A DNA stretch of 64,000 nucleotides from assembly GCA_965222655.1 (NCBI GenBank), contig CBDCUP010000010.1:372848-436847 (forward strand), written 5' to 3'. The notes under the pieces were generated by a model. That model ran no database searches, was not told the DNA's origin, and saw only the letters and a program-made list of their open reading frames with translations. The translations under genes were made by a program, and so were the position numbers. The DNA comes from Acidobacteriota bacterium (GTDB taxonomy: Bacteria; Acidobacteriota; UBA6911; RPQK01; JAJDTT01). Below, piece after piece: positions 37,994 through 48,335 of the stretch; the stretch's first letter is position 1; every line of letters starts with the position of its first letter.

Positions 37994-39730
37994 CCTAAAT
38001 TGAGCGATTCTACTCATTTTAGCGAAAATGAAGGTCGCACAGATGCGAGTTCCGACGGCAGAGGGTTCCGGGTGAGTTCAGAAGGGTGGAGGGTGGCGAT
38101 TTTCCCTCGCGAAAGGGAGCAGCGACCCTGAGCCGAGGCGATAGCGGGCACACGGGGGCCCTGAGGCTGGAAGGAGGCTTTGGTTTTTTGAGATTTAGAC
38201 CCAGGCGAAAGGCGGCGGGTGGGCGCTCTTGCGCCAGAGCCGGTCGATTTGAAGCTGCTTCCAGGTGGCGGCCGTTACTTTCAGCAGGATCTGGCCGGCA
38301 TGGCGGACGATTTTCCCCGCCACGTCGATGATCCGCCGACGTAAGGTCGTGGGGTAGCAGTTGAGCGGCACCACCGGCTGGCACACATCTTCCTTGAAAC
38401 ACTCGTAAAGGAAAAAGGCCACCAGCAACGTGTAGTAATAGGCCGCGTTGGCAGCAAAGCGTTTAAACGGAAGAGTCTGTGAGGTAAAGTCCTTCAGGGC
38501 TCGATGCACTAACTCATCGGCTCCCCGTCCCTGATAGCCTTGCAGGATCGCCTCGGCTTGAAGCCAACGCTCGAGCCCCGCTTGCTGGAGCTGCTCGTCC
38601 ACGGCGGAGCCGCAACCGAGATTGGTGTACAGGATCTGATCGGGACGGGCAAAGGCCAAAAGGCGCTGCTGATCCTCATAAGCCGGTCGGCAGAACAGGG
38701 CCCGGCGGAACTTCTCCCAGCTACCCCGCCGGTTTCCCAGTTCCACATAGTGCCACTCCTGATCGCCGTTGCGAGAGACTCCCCAGGCCGTTTCCTCCAG
38801 CTGCAAGATGTACTGTTGCACATCGCCATAGAGCTTGCCGGCGACGATGTAGCCGACCTGGAGTTCTTCCAAGACCTTCAGCAGCTTCTGATCGAAAAAG
38901 CCGCTGTCCAGGCGCACGATGATGGGTACCTCGGAGCGGTACTTTCGGCGAATCTTCCGGATCAGATGACTCAGGGTCTTCGGGGCCGTGTCGGCGTGGT
39001 TGGAGTGCTTGTCTCCTCCCCGAAAGACGGCATCGATGAGCAAGCGGCCCCAGGTGACCTGAAGCGGCTGAAACCCTTTGACTCGTTTGTAGGTCGGCGC
39101 CACGCCGTGGCGCTGGGGGGCCTCGTCGTTGTCCATCACCATGGTATCCATCCCCAGCAGAATCAGGGGCGGCTGTTGCAATCGCAGCCGCCACAGGAAC
39201 AGCTGCTGCAGGAGTCGGCGAAAGAGCCAGATGCGCCACATGGAAAAGCGGCCGAAAAAGCGCTTGACCGCGTGAGAGGACAGCAAGGCCTCGGGCTTCG
39301 TCTCGATCGCTGCTCCATAGCCCGGATCCTCCTTCAAGGCTTCGAAGGACACCAAATGGCGACTCGATCCGTCTAGGAAGAAGCACCACAGCTGTTTGAA
39401 GATCTCCGTCACCGGCTGTCCTTTGCGGCTTTTGCGCAAGGAGCCAAACAGCCGATCCAGATCAGGGTCCAGACCCAAGCTCCGCACATAGCGGACAAAC
39501 AGGCTCAGCCCGGCGCGTCCGGTCAAGGTCTCCGAGGTGGGTTGCACGTCGTCTATCCTTCGGGAAACAGACGCCTCAGAATGACGGGGAAGGGTGCTAT
39601 AGTGGCTCACAGTTGTTTTACCTTCTGGGTTAGGAGCTTTTCGGTAGCCCATCTACCGCTAACTCCTAGCCCAGCAACATCTTAACTCAAAGATGTGACA
39701 TCCCTAGGCCCATCAATCGCTCAATTTAGG
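37994..39730 (-). mobile_element. IS1380-family element nested in the IS1182 end
   Basis: 16-bp perfect TIR cctaaattgagcgatt / aatcgctcaatttagg; 5-bp TSD tttaa (37989-37993, 39731-39735). Confidence 0.9.
38195..39652 (-). CDS. IS1380-family transposase
   Basis: LTGRAGLSLF, LGMDTMVMDND, IVRLDSGF, YQGRGADELVHRALKD, LPFKRFAANAAYY, TLRRRIIDVAGKIVRHAG. Start uncertain. Confidence 0.87.
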   Translation of the reverse strand: MGYRKAPNPEGKTTVSHYSTLPRHSEASVSRRIDDVQPTSETLTGRAGLSLFVRYVRSLGLDPDLDRLFGSLRKSRKGQPVTEIFKQLWCFFLDGSSRHLVSFEALKEDPGYGAAIETKPEALLSSHAVKRFFGRFSMWRIWLFRRLLQQLFLWRLRLQQPPLILLGMDTMVMDNDEAPQRHGVAPTYKRVKGFQPLQVTWGRLLIDAVFRGGDKHSNHADTAPKTLSHLIRKIRRKYRSEVPIIVRLDSGFFDQKLLKVLEELQVGYIVAGKLYGDVQQYILQLEETAWGVSRNGDQEWHYVELGNRRGSWEKFRRALFCRPAYEDQQRLLAFARPDQILYTNLGCGSAVDEQLQQAGLERWLQAEAILQGYQGRGADELVHRALKDFTSQTLPFKRFAANAAYYYTLLVAFFLYECFKEDVCQPVVPLNCYPTTLRRRIIDVAGKIVRHAGQILLKVTAATWKQLQIDRLWRKSAHPPPFAWV

Positions 39731-39832
39731 TTTAAGGTTTGATTAAAAGTGTTGCATGACCAAGCACGAAAAGCGATGAGTCATCTGCTCTGCGGCGGTG
39801 ATTTGGCCGCTGAAACGACGCGGCCCACCTCT

Positions 39833-41217
39833 TCAGAGGGTGGCACGGGCCATCGTCGGCTGGCGGCAGGAGAGGTTGTACATTCTTTTCAGATTCCAGG
39901 CGATGCTGGCCAGAGTCCACTCCCGGTCTGCTGCCTCCGCTCCTCTGAGAGAGAACTGCGTAAAGCCCATCACCGATTTGATGATCCCAAAGACGGGCTC
40001 CGGGACGGCTTTGCGTTGCCCGTAAATGGCTCGACCCGCGGGGGTCTTCAACCGGTATCTCATCTGCTCCACCGCATCGGCGTCTTGCCCGGGCGGCTCC
40101 GGTTGTTTCCAGCGTTCGGTCGGCCGCAAGTGGTGGGCTTCCCGCTCGACCGCAATATAGGGGACAATCGCGTGCTCGCCACAAAGCTCCACGTTGGGGC
40201 CACTGAAGTAGCCGCTGTCGGCCAGCAACTCCTGGGCCCGACCCAGCGACTCGGGCAGGGCTTGCAGCGCCGCCAGGGCCGGCTCCAATTCTTTCTTGTC
40301 GTTGGCGTTTTGCGTGACATGAGCCGCCACAATCAAGAAGCTGTCGTTATCGACCAAGGCCTGAGCGTTGTAGCATTGCTCAAATCCCCCGCCCGAGACC
40401 GGCATGATCCGAGACTCTTCATCCGTCAGATTGATCTGATCCTGGTCTCGAATTCCTCCTTGGGGCGGTTGGGGGGGCGACCCCGCGGTTTGTTTCCCCG
40501 TTTCCTCTGGGCTTGCCGCTTGGCCACTTTGGCTTCATATTCGGCCTGCTCACCTGCCTGCCGCTCGGCCGCCCGCTGGGCCAGCTTCTGCTTTGCTTCC
40601 TCGATCGCTTTCAACCGTTCCTCCCGCCGCGCCAGCTCAGCCGGGATGTCCATCCCTTCCGTTTCTTCTCGTCCATCCGCTGCCTCGGCCAGCCGCATCA
40701 ACTCTTCCACTTCTTCTCGCAGCCGCGCTTCCAGCTTCCGGATGTGCCCCCAACTCAACGCACTGTGCTTGGAGGCATTGGCTTTGACCTTCGTGCCATC
40801 CAAACTCACGCGGCCCAACTTCAGAAATCCCATCGCCTGGGCCAGCAGCAAGATCTCCACAAACAGCGGCTTCAGCTCTTGCAAAAATCGCTTCCGGAAA
40901 TGGGCGAGGGTGTCGTGATCCGGATGCGTGTTGCCGGCGAGGTAGCGAAACGCCACCGAATCGTAGCTGGCTTGCTCCAACTTCCGACTCGAAAACACCC
41001 CCGTGGCATAGCCGTAAAACAACAACGCCAGCATCATGGCCGGATGGTAGCCTTCCGATCCCCGCTTCGTGTAGGAATCCTCCAGCTTCCTCAGCTCCAG
41101 CTTGCTCACAACCTCCACCACGAAGCGAGCCAGATGCGTCTCCGGCAGCCATTCCTGCACCGAAGGGGGAAACAGATAAGGAGTCTCTCGATCGACTACT
41201 TTAAATCGATTCGCCAT
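39833..41217 (-). pseudogene. IS1182-family transposase, frameshifted at a C7 run
   Basis: N-part YLFPPSVQEWLP, YHPAMMLALLFYGY, SRKLE, PDHDTL, DGTKVKANAS. The -1 frame after G7 (40471-40477 on +) gives QINLTDEESRIM, YNAQA, LADSGY, RKAVPEPVFGIIK. Confidence 0.85.
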
Positions 41218-41281
41218 CACTAATGATGCCTGTGGGGTATGACCTCGAAAGTCCGACAGGCTGCTAGCGAGGAGAGAAGTC

Positions 41282-43021
41282 ATGACGATCCGGAAACAAG
41301 ACGGGAGCCCCGACCTCCCATCAAGGTCGGCGACCTGTCAGTTCGTGGCTGAGGTGTCGAGCAATCACAGTCAGGATCTTGAACGATGCCTTCGATTCAT
41401 TGAGCGCGCCGCCGAGATAGGCTGCAGCGCGGTCAAGTTTCAGCTATTCCGAGTGGATCAGCTCTTTGCTTCCGAGATCCTGCGCCACAGCGCCGAACAC
41501 CGTCAGAGAAGCGCCTGGGAGCTACCCGCTTCCTTCCTTCCGGATCTAGCAGAAAAATGCCGTGCCACCGGCATCAAGTTTGCCTGTACGCCCTTCGATC
41601 TGGAGGCGGTGGAGCAACTCGCTCCCTACGTGGACATTTACAAGGTCGCCTCTTACGAGTTGCTCTGGCATCCCCTCTTGGAAGCCTGCGCTGCGACTGG
41701 CAAGCCCTTAGTCGTTTCAACCGGCATGGCGACCCTGGATGAGATCCGGGCAGCGGTCGATCAGATCAGGTTGTCTGGGTGCAAGGATCTTACCCTGCTG
41801 CACTGCCATTCCCACTACCCCACCCCGGTGGAGGACTGCAATCTGGCAGCTATCGCGACCATGCGGCAAGCTTTCGACTGTCCCGTCGGCTGGTCCGACC
41901 ACAGTGCTCGACCGGAGGTGATCTACCGGGCAGCCTATCGCTGGGGTGCCTCCATGATCGAGTTCCACTTCGACCTGGACGGTCAGGGTGAGGAATTCGG
42001 ACCCGGCCACTGCTGGCTCTCCAGTGAGATTCAGCACGTCATTGGCGCAGTTCAATCAGGGTTTGCCGCCGATGGCAATCCCCAGAAACTCCCCACCGAG
42101 CGAGAGCAGCAGGAACGCACCTGGCGGGCCGATCCCGGCGACGGACTACGCCCCCTGAAGTCGACTCGAAAACTCCTTGTCAAGAACCGGGCTCAGCCCG
42201 CAAGTGTCCAGGGCGAAGCTGGCACGACCGACCAGAGCACGGCATCCGAGGCGTGTGTGATGGCGGTCGTTCAGGCCCGAATGGGCTCAACCCGACTGCC
42301 GGGAAAGGTCATGAGACCGATCCTCGGGCATCCCATGCTGTGGCACGTCGTCCAGCGAGTAGGACAGACTTCCGGCGTAGGCAAGCTGGTTGTGGCCACC
42401 TCCGATCAACCGTCGGACGAGCCGATCCGCCGCTTCTGCCAGGAAAATCATATCGTCTGCACAGCCGGCAGCGAGCAGGACGTGCTCGACCGTTTCTACC
42501 AGACAGCCTGCCAACATAGGGGCGACCCGCTGCTGCGAGTGACGGCGGACTGTCCCTTTGTCGACCCGAGATTGATCGAAAGGCTCCTGGAGCTTTTCCG
42601 GTCTGCCCCCTACGACCATGTTGGAGTCGCCACAGGTGCGGGCGCTCTCCATTCCGACCGCGGCCGTTTCCCGGACGGACTCGACACAGAGTGTTTCAGC
42701 TCTGAAGCCCTGCGCCGAACCTGGACCAACGCGACCAGGTCCTCTGACCGAGAACACGTGACCCCATACATGTGGCGGGTCCCGGGTAGGTTTCGGAACG
42801 GAGCCCTGTTCCCTCGCAAGAACTATTGTCAGCACCGCTGGACTGTGGATACGGAATCCGACTTCGATCTGGTTCGGAGGGTTTACGAAGCTCTCTATCG
42901 GAAACACCAGGCCTTTTCAATGGATGAGATATTGGACTACTTGTCCGAACACCCTGAGCTGGCCCTGCTCAACCACGATCTCATAGGCGCCGAGCAATAC
43001 CATACGGTTTGGGGCCAGTAG
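41282..43021 (+). CDS. Fusion: NeuB/PseI-family nonulosonate synthase (no SAF domain) + SpsF/PseF-type cytidylyltransferase
   Basis: AEVSSNH, AVKFQ, YKVASYE, STGMAT, LHC...YPTP, GWSDHS, IEFHF; linker; then VVQARMGSTRLPGKV, GSEQDVLDR, RVTADCP, REHVTPY, RWTVDTESD; single open frame. Confidence 0.85.
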   Translation: MTIRKQDGSPDLPSRSATCQFVAEVSSNHSQDLERCLRFIERAAEIGCSAVKFQLFRVDQLFASEILRHSAEHRQRSAWELPASFLPDLAEKCRATGIKFACTPFDLEAVEQLAPYVDIYKVASYELLWHPLLEACAATGKPLVVSTGMATLDEIRAAVDQIRLSGCKDLTLLHCHSHYPTPVEDCNLAAIATMRQAFDCPVGWSDHSARPEVIYRAAYRWGASMIEFHFDLDGQGEEFGPGHCWLSSEIQHVIGAVQSGFAADGNPQKLPTEREQQERTWRADPGDGLRPLKSTRKLLVKNRAQPASVQGEAGTTDQSTASEACVMAVVQARMGSTRLPGKVMRPILGHPMLWHVVQRVGQTSGVGKLVVATSDQPSDEPIRRFCQENHIVCTAGSEQDVLDRFYQTACQHRGDPLLRVTADCPFVDPRLIERLLELFRSAPYDHVGVATGAGALHSDRGRFPDGLDTECFSSEALRRTWTNATRSSDREHVTPYMWRVPGRFRNGALFPRKNYCQHRWTVDTESDFDLVRRVYEALYRKHQAFSMDEILDYLSEHPELALLNHDLIGAEQYHTVWGQ

Positions 43022-43092
43022 GACCTGGCACCAATCCCCTGGATGGCTGCGGGGATGGGCGTGCCCGAGCGGCGCGCCAAGGAGAAGATCTA

Positions 43093-44400
43093 GTGAAAGG
43101 ACAACTCCTGTATCAGAAGGCCAAGACATTGATCCCGGGAGGGATCCAGCTCTTGTCCAAGCGACCCGAACTCTTTCTGCCCGAGCAATGGCCCACCTAT
43201 TACCAATCCGCCAAGGGAATCGAGATAACGGACCTGGATGGTCAGACCTACCTGGACATGAGTATCATGAGCGTGGGCGCCTGCGTGTTGGGATATGCGG
43301 ATCCCGACGTAAACAGCGCGGTGCTGGAGTCGGTCGAGCGCGGATCGATGTGCACCTTGAACGCGCCCGAAGAAGTCGAGCTGGCCGAGCTACTCTGCGA
43401 TCTCCATCCCTGGGCACAGATGGCAAGATATGCCCGCTCGGGCGGCGAAGCCATGTCGGTTGCAGTCCGCATCGCCCGCACCCACACTCGGCGGGACAAG
43501 GTCGCCTTCTGTGGATATCACGGCTGGACCGACTGGTATGTGGCCGCCAATCTGAGCAATAGCACCGCCCTGGACGAGCACTTGATGTCCGGTATCGAAC
43601 CAGCCGGAGTTCCCAGCGGTCTGAGCGGAAGCGCTCTTTCCTTCTCCTACAACCGTATCGACCAACTGCGGGCCATCGTCGAAGAACATGGCAAGGAACT
43701 GGCGGCCATTGTCATGGAGCCTCAGCGTGATGCCAACATCGTCCCTGGATTCCTGGAAGAAGTACGGCAGCTCGCCACCGATTCGGGAGCCGTTCTGGTC
43801 TTCGACGAGATCACTTCTGGATTTCGCATGACGGTGGGGGGGATCCATCTGCTGCTGGGAATCGAGCCGGATCTCGCTGTTTTCGCCAAAGCGATGGCGA
43901 ACGGTTACGCGATGTCCGCAGTCATCGGGTCGAGCCGTGTCATGGAGTCGGCCCAATCTTCCTTCATCAGTAGCACCAACTGGACAGATCGGGTAGGACC
44001 CGTCGCGGCTCTGGCCACCATCCGAAAATTCCGCCAGCACAATGTCCACGAGCACCTCATTCACATCGGTGGCCAGGTAATTCAAGGATGGCAGCGGACG
44101 GCCAAACTCACCCAACTTCCCCTCGAGGCAGGGGGTCTTGGGCCACTCGCCCACTTCAGTTTCAAGACCGACCGCGACGTCCTGCTCTGCACTCTGTTCA
44201 TTCAGATGATGATGGAAGAAGGATTCCTGGCCTTCACCCAGTTCAAACCCTCCTTCGCCCATCAACAACACCATGTGGAGAGCTACCTGGAGGCCCTTGA
44301 AAGGAGTTTTCGAGTCCTCGCCGAAATCAGGTCGGATGAGGAGGGTCAAGCCCTACTCAAGGGTCCGCAAGCCCGGCGGGGCTTCTTTCAGGTTCACTAA
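43093..44400 (+). CDS. Class III aminotransferase (glutamate-1-semialdehyde aminomutase-like)
   Basis: GIQLLSKRPE, DLDGQTYLDM, RSGGEAMS.AVRIAR, GYHGW.DW, LVFDEITSGFR, FAKAMANG. GTG start at 43093. Confidence 0.85.
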   Translation: MKGQLLYQKAKTLIPGGIQLLSKRPELFLPEQWPTYYQSAKGIEITDLDGQTYLDMSIMSVGACVLGYADPDVNSAVLESVERGSMCTLNAPEEVELAELLCDLHPWAQMARYARSGGEAMSVAVRIARTHTRRDKVAFCGYHGWTDWYVAANLSNSTALDEHLMSGIEPAGVPSGLSGSALSFSYNRIDQLRAIVEEHGKELAAIVMEPQRDANIVPGFLEEVRQLATDSGAVLVFDEITSGFRMTVGGIHLLLGIEPDLAVFAKAMANGYAMSAVIGSSRVMESAQSSFISSTNWTDRVGPVAALATIRKFRQHNVHEHLIHIGGQVIQGWQRTAKLTQLPLEAGGLGPLAHFSFKTDRDVLLCTLFIQMMMEEGFLAFTQFKPSFAHQQHHVESYLEALERSFRVLAEIRSDEEGQALLKGPQARRGFFQVH

Positions 44401-44434
44401 CCCAGTTAGGTGAGTCGAGGCATAGAGACTCCCC

Positions 44435-45481
44435 ATGAATCATCATCCCTCGATCCTCTTTCGCTGTGAAGCCTCTCCCGAGATTGGGATGGGACACCTG
44501 ATACGCTGCCTGGCACTGGCGGAAGAGCTGCAGAAGACTCACGGCTTCCAGGTTTCGTTCGCCATGAACTTCGATGCCAGCGGCTCTGAGCTGGTCCGCC
44601 GGGAGGGCTATCGGCTCTACACACCGGGTATCAACACGGGCACGGCCGGGGAAAGCTGGCTCGAGACTGTTCTGCTCAGGGTGGGCCCCGACGTCTTGGT
44701 CCTGGATATCAGGAATGGCCCCTCCGCCGAATTGTTGAGCAACGCCCGAGTCCAGAGACGCCTGATCGTTACGATTGACGATCCTGAATCGAAGAGACTC
44801 GCAGCCGATCTGGCCTTTTATCCGGGAGCACCCCAAGCGCACCGACTCGACTGGACAGGGTTTGGGGGACGGCTTTTTGCGGCTCCCGAGTGGGCGATCC
44901 TACGCCGTCACTTCTGGGTAAACAGAGCAAGCAACGGGAACACGCCTCTGCGCGTTCTGATCACCACAGGAGGTAGTGATCCGGCCGGTCTCGCTCTCAA
45001 GGCAGTCCGCGCGGTCGATCAGGTGGAGGAAAGATTCGAGCCTGCCATCATGCTGGGGCCGGCCTTCTGCCACCTTGCGGCCCTACAAGAACTACTGGCT
45101 CGGACCCGCAAGGACTTCAGAATTCACACCGACCCAGGCGACGTGGCAGGGCTCATGAACCAGTCCGACCTGGCCGTTACCTCTTTCGGGGTCACAGCTT
45201 ACGAGCTGGCAGCACTGGGTGTCCCCAGCGTCTACCTTTGCCTCTCAGACGACCACTCGGCCTCCGCCTCAGTCCTCGATTCCCTGGGCGTCGGAATCAA
45301 TGCAGGAGTCCATTCCGATTCTGCTTCCCAGGACCTCTTGACCGAGAAAACTTCACTCCTGCTTCGAGACAGCCGATTGCGAAATCGCATGTCGGAGACA
45401 GCGTCCGCAACATTCGACGCGCTGGGCGCCAGTCGGATCAGCAGCCAGATCGTCTCACACCTGGAACAGCGAGGTCACTGA
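44435..45481 (+). CDS. pseG: UDP-sugar hydrolase of the PseG/SpsG family
   Basis: IGMGHLIRCLALA, ILRRHF, LITTGGSDP, DLAVTSFGVTAYELAALGVP. Confidence 0.78.
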   Translation: MNHHPSILFRCEASPEIGMGHLIRCLALAEELQKTHGFQVSFAMNFDASGSELVRREGYRLYTPGINTGTAGESWLETVLLRVGPDVLVLDIRNGPSAELLSNARVQRRLIVTIDDPESKRLAADLAFYPGAPQAHRLDWTGFGGRLFAAPEWAILRRHFWVNRASNGNTPLRVLITTGGSDPAGLALKAVRAVDQVEERFEPAIMLGPAFCHLAALQELLARTRKDFRIHTDPGDVAGLMNQSDLAVTSFGVTAYELAALGVPSVYLCLSDDHSASASVLDSLGVGINAGVHSDSASQDLLTEKTSLLLRDSRLRNRMSETASATFDALGASRISSQIVSHLEQRGH

Positions 45482-46584
45482 TGAGCTCCCAGGAAACTCT
45501 CGTCACCATTGGAATCTGCGTCTACAACGGCGAGCCCTTCTTAAGGCAGACATTGAACAGTGCACTGTCCCAGACCCATCAGAATCTCGAGATCATCCTA
45601 TTCAACGACGGAAGTACGGATCGGACGCCTTCGGTATTGGATGAGTTTTCGGACCCTAGAATCCATCGGGTCGATTCGAATCGGAATCTGGGCGTGGGCT
45701 ACGCACGACAGGTGGTCAAGACGCTCGCCAGGGGAGAGTACTTTGCCTGGTTGGACGCTGACGACATCTATCATCCGGATAGAATAGAAACGCTGCTCCG
45801 CCACGCCTTGGATCACGGTTCCGACCTCACCTGTGACGTTTACCGCTTGATGACCCACCAGGGCGAGATCACCGCGCAGACCTACCGTCTACCCGAGAAG
45901 GTCTCATCCGACCCTCACTTCACACGGTTGTTCGAGCGCAACGTCATGATTCCTCACCCCCTCACCAGCGCCAGATGTCTGAAGTCAGTGGAATATGACA
46001 CCGATCTCCAGGTCTCAGATGACTACGACTTCTGGTTGAAGGCCTCTTATGCGGGTTATCTGTTTTCGTTTGTGGACGAGATCAAACTCGACTACCGCCT
46101 GACTGAGGGTTCGCTGACGTCGGATCCGAAGCGCAGCCGAGCTGAGACCAGGGAGATCCTGGGTAAGTACCCGGTTCCAGCGTTGGCAGCCCTCTATCAG
46201 AAAAGGGGGTTCTCCCGGAAGCACATCAACTACATGCAATGTCTGCAGTATCTGTTTCGCCAGGATTACGAGTCCGCACTTTCGTTTGCCTTCCAACCCT
46301 GGCCGGACGAAGAAGATGTCGATCAGGACTTCTACCAGGGAACCCTTCTTCTCCGTGACTCCCAACTACCCGACGCCAGGATGCACCTGGAAAGCCATCT
46401 CTCTCGGCATCCAGAATCACCCGCAGGCAAGAACAACCTGGGGGTGTTGCTCCGGTTGACGGGGGAGACGGGCGGATCCTGTTTCAGCGACGCTCTCGGC
46501 ATTCTCCCTGACTATCAAGATGCGGCAGACAACCTGGCAAGCAGCAGCAGAGGAATCATTACCGATACCCAGATCCGGGTTTGA
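45481..46584 (+). CDS. Glycosyltransferase family 2 with C-terminal TPR-like region
   Basis: TIGICVYNGE, EIILFNDGSTD, GEYFAWLDADD, DYDFWLK; C-terminal KNNLGVLL...DAADNL. Confidence 0.85.
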   Translation: MSSQETLVTIGICVYNGEPFLRQTLNSALSQTHQNLEIILFNDGSTDRTPSVLDEFSDPRIHRVDSNRNLGVGYARQVVKTLARGEYFAWLDADDIYHPDRIETLLRHALDHGSDLTCDVYRLMTHQGEITAQTYRLPEKVSSDPHFTRLFERNVMIPHPLTSARCLKSVEYDTDLQVSDDYDFWLKASYAGYLFSFVDEIKLDYRLTEGSLTSDPKRSRAETREILGKYPVPALAALYQKRGFSRKHINYMQCLQYLFRQDYESALSFAFQPWPDEEDVDQDFYQGTLLLRDSQLPDARMHLESHLSRHPESPAGKNNLGVLLRLTGETGGSCFSDALGILPDYQDAADNLASSSRGIITDTQIRV

Positions 46585-46636
46585 ACATCGCCTCGGCAGC
46601 GCGCTAGGCGGGAGGCGAGCCAGGAGGCTCAACACG

Positions 46637-48308
46637 ATGCTCTACAAGAAAATAGACTTCGAATGCGAGTGCGCAATCGAACTTTTTAGGGTCATCCGGT
46701 AAATGGGGAGGTGGGGACGTGGTTGGCACCTTCCGGATCCCAAATCTGCTCCCCGTTCGCTTGTCCATATAGTCGGCTGCAGTAGCAGAGGCCGTGGGAA
46801 CTGTGGAAAACTCCGAGCGACATCGAACCGGGCCAGCAAGCCCGTGATACGGAGTTTTCCAAGCGCTGTGCGAACGGTGGAAAAACAACTGCGAGCACTT
46901 GCCAGTTCTCCTCTAGAACTACTTGTTTTTCCACGGTTTGCATAGTGCGGCAGTTTCCATGGCCTGCCTTTGACTGGCGGCACCTCCCCATTTACCGGAT
47001 GAACCACTTTTTACCGCTTGCAACTACCACTGTGACTACTGCAGCGGCCCGCGAGCCAAGAAGCTGGTGCGACGGGGTCGGACCCCGGAGGACGTCGATC
47101 AAGTGCTTCGCTTCTTCAATGACTCTGGAAAGAAGTGGCTGATTGGAATGTCGGGGGGAGAGCCGACGGTTCATCCCTTCTTCGGCGACCTGGTCAGTGG
47201 TCTGAACAAAAAACACGCGTTCTACTTTTTCACGAACCTCACTTTCGACGTCGAATCGTTCATGAAACTGGTGTCCGCAGATCAGGTCCAGTACATGAAA
47301 ACATCCCTACATCCCGAAGCCGACGTCGAAACCTTCCTGGAGAAATACGAGCTTCTCTTCGGGTTCGGCTACAACCCGATCCTGATCATGGTATCTGCCC
47401 CCGATACCTTCGACCGGATCAGTCATGTCGCTGATTTCTGCCGGGACCGCCAATACCCTTTCACCCTCTCCGTCATGGAGGGGCCCTACCAGGACAAAAA
47501 CTATCCCAACGACTACAGCGAGCCAGAGGAGCGCTTCATCGAGGAGCACACGGCCGAGGCAGGAAACCTGATCCGGCTATTTTCGAAGACTGCAGGCGGA
47601 CTGAACACCTTGGGACTCTCCTGTCCTGCCGGCCATCAGAGCTTTGTCCTGGATCTGGAGAGCGGCAACGTGTTCAGCTGCGAATCGGTCAACCACATCC
47701 ATGGGAACATCTACGAGGGAACCTTCTCTCCAAGCTCCCAGGACATCACCTGCCCGGCCGTCAATGGCTGTGTGGGCTACGACCGCTCGCCCCTATTGCC
47801 CGGAGCCTACAGGGATTTCTTTACCGAAGGCTGGAACTACTGGCACCTGAAAGACGTCAAGAGCGAACCCGATTACCCCAAGAATCTTCATCAAACCATC
47901 CAGGCCAATCAGAAGGCCTCGGGAGAGATGATCGAGACTGCCCTGGACGCAATTCATCAGCGGATCTCGGGCAACGACACACTGTTTTGGGGCGCGGGCA
48001 TCTACGGAGCAAAAGTTCTCTACAACTTCCACAAGAAATTCCCCGACGCATCTGACGGGAACTCTGCCGGCAGTGTCATCGGCTTCATCGACTCACTGAA
48101 GGACCGACGGAAGACTACGGTTCTTGGACTGCCGGTCTACAGTCCCCAGGACGGAATCGTCAACCGCGCCAAGAAGATTCTGATCACCTCCTATGCCTTC
48201 GAGCGGGACATTCTCGAGGTCGCCAAGAATCTCGGGGTGAAGTCGGAGGTGATCGCCTTGCATCGGGACATCCTGAACTCGATTGGCATCCGCTATGCCA
48301 TCTTCTAA
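46637..48308 (+). pseudogene. Radical SAM protein with C-terminal Rossmann-like domain, interrupted by 317-bp MITE
   Basis: 46637-46688 + 47014-48308 = 448-aa ORF: MLYKKIDFECECAIELFTACNYHCDYC (CxxxCxxC), SGGEPT, FTNL, SLH; C-terminal FWGAGIYG...IGFIDS. Confidence 0.85.
46689..47005. mobile_element. 317-bp MITE, copy 2
   Basis: Same TIRs as copy 1; 8-bp TSD acttttta (46681-46688, 47006-47013); 4 substitutions versus copy 1. Confidence 0.95.
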
Positions 48309-48335
48309 CCCGGATCGAGAAAGGCATCTTTTCTG

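Larger units (their letters stand above)
37947..41263 (-). mobile_element. IS1182-family element (1575 bp after removing the nested IS1380), inserted at CTAG
   Basis: TIR cagcctgtcggactt / aagtccgacaggctg; CTAG at 37943-37946 (includes the pseC stop) and 41264-41267. Confidence 0.88.
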
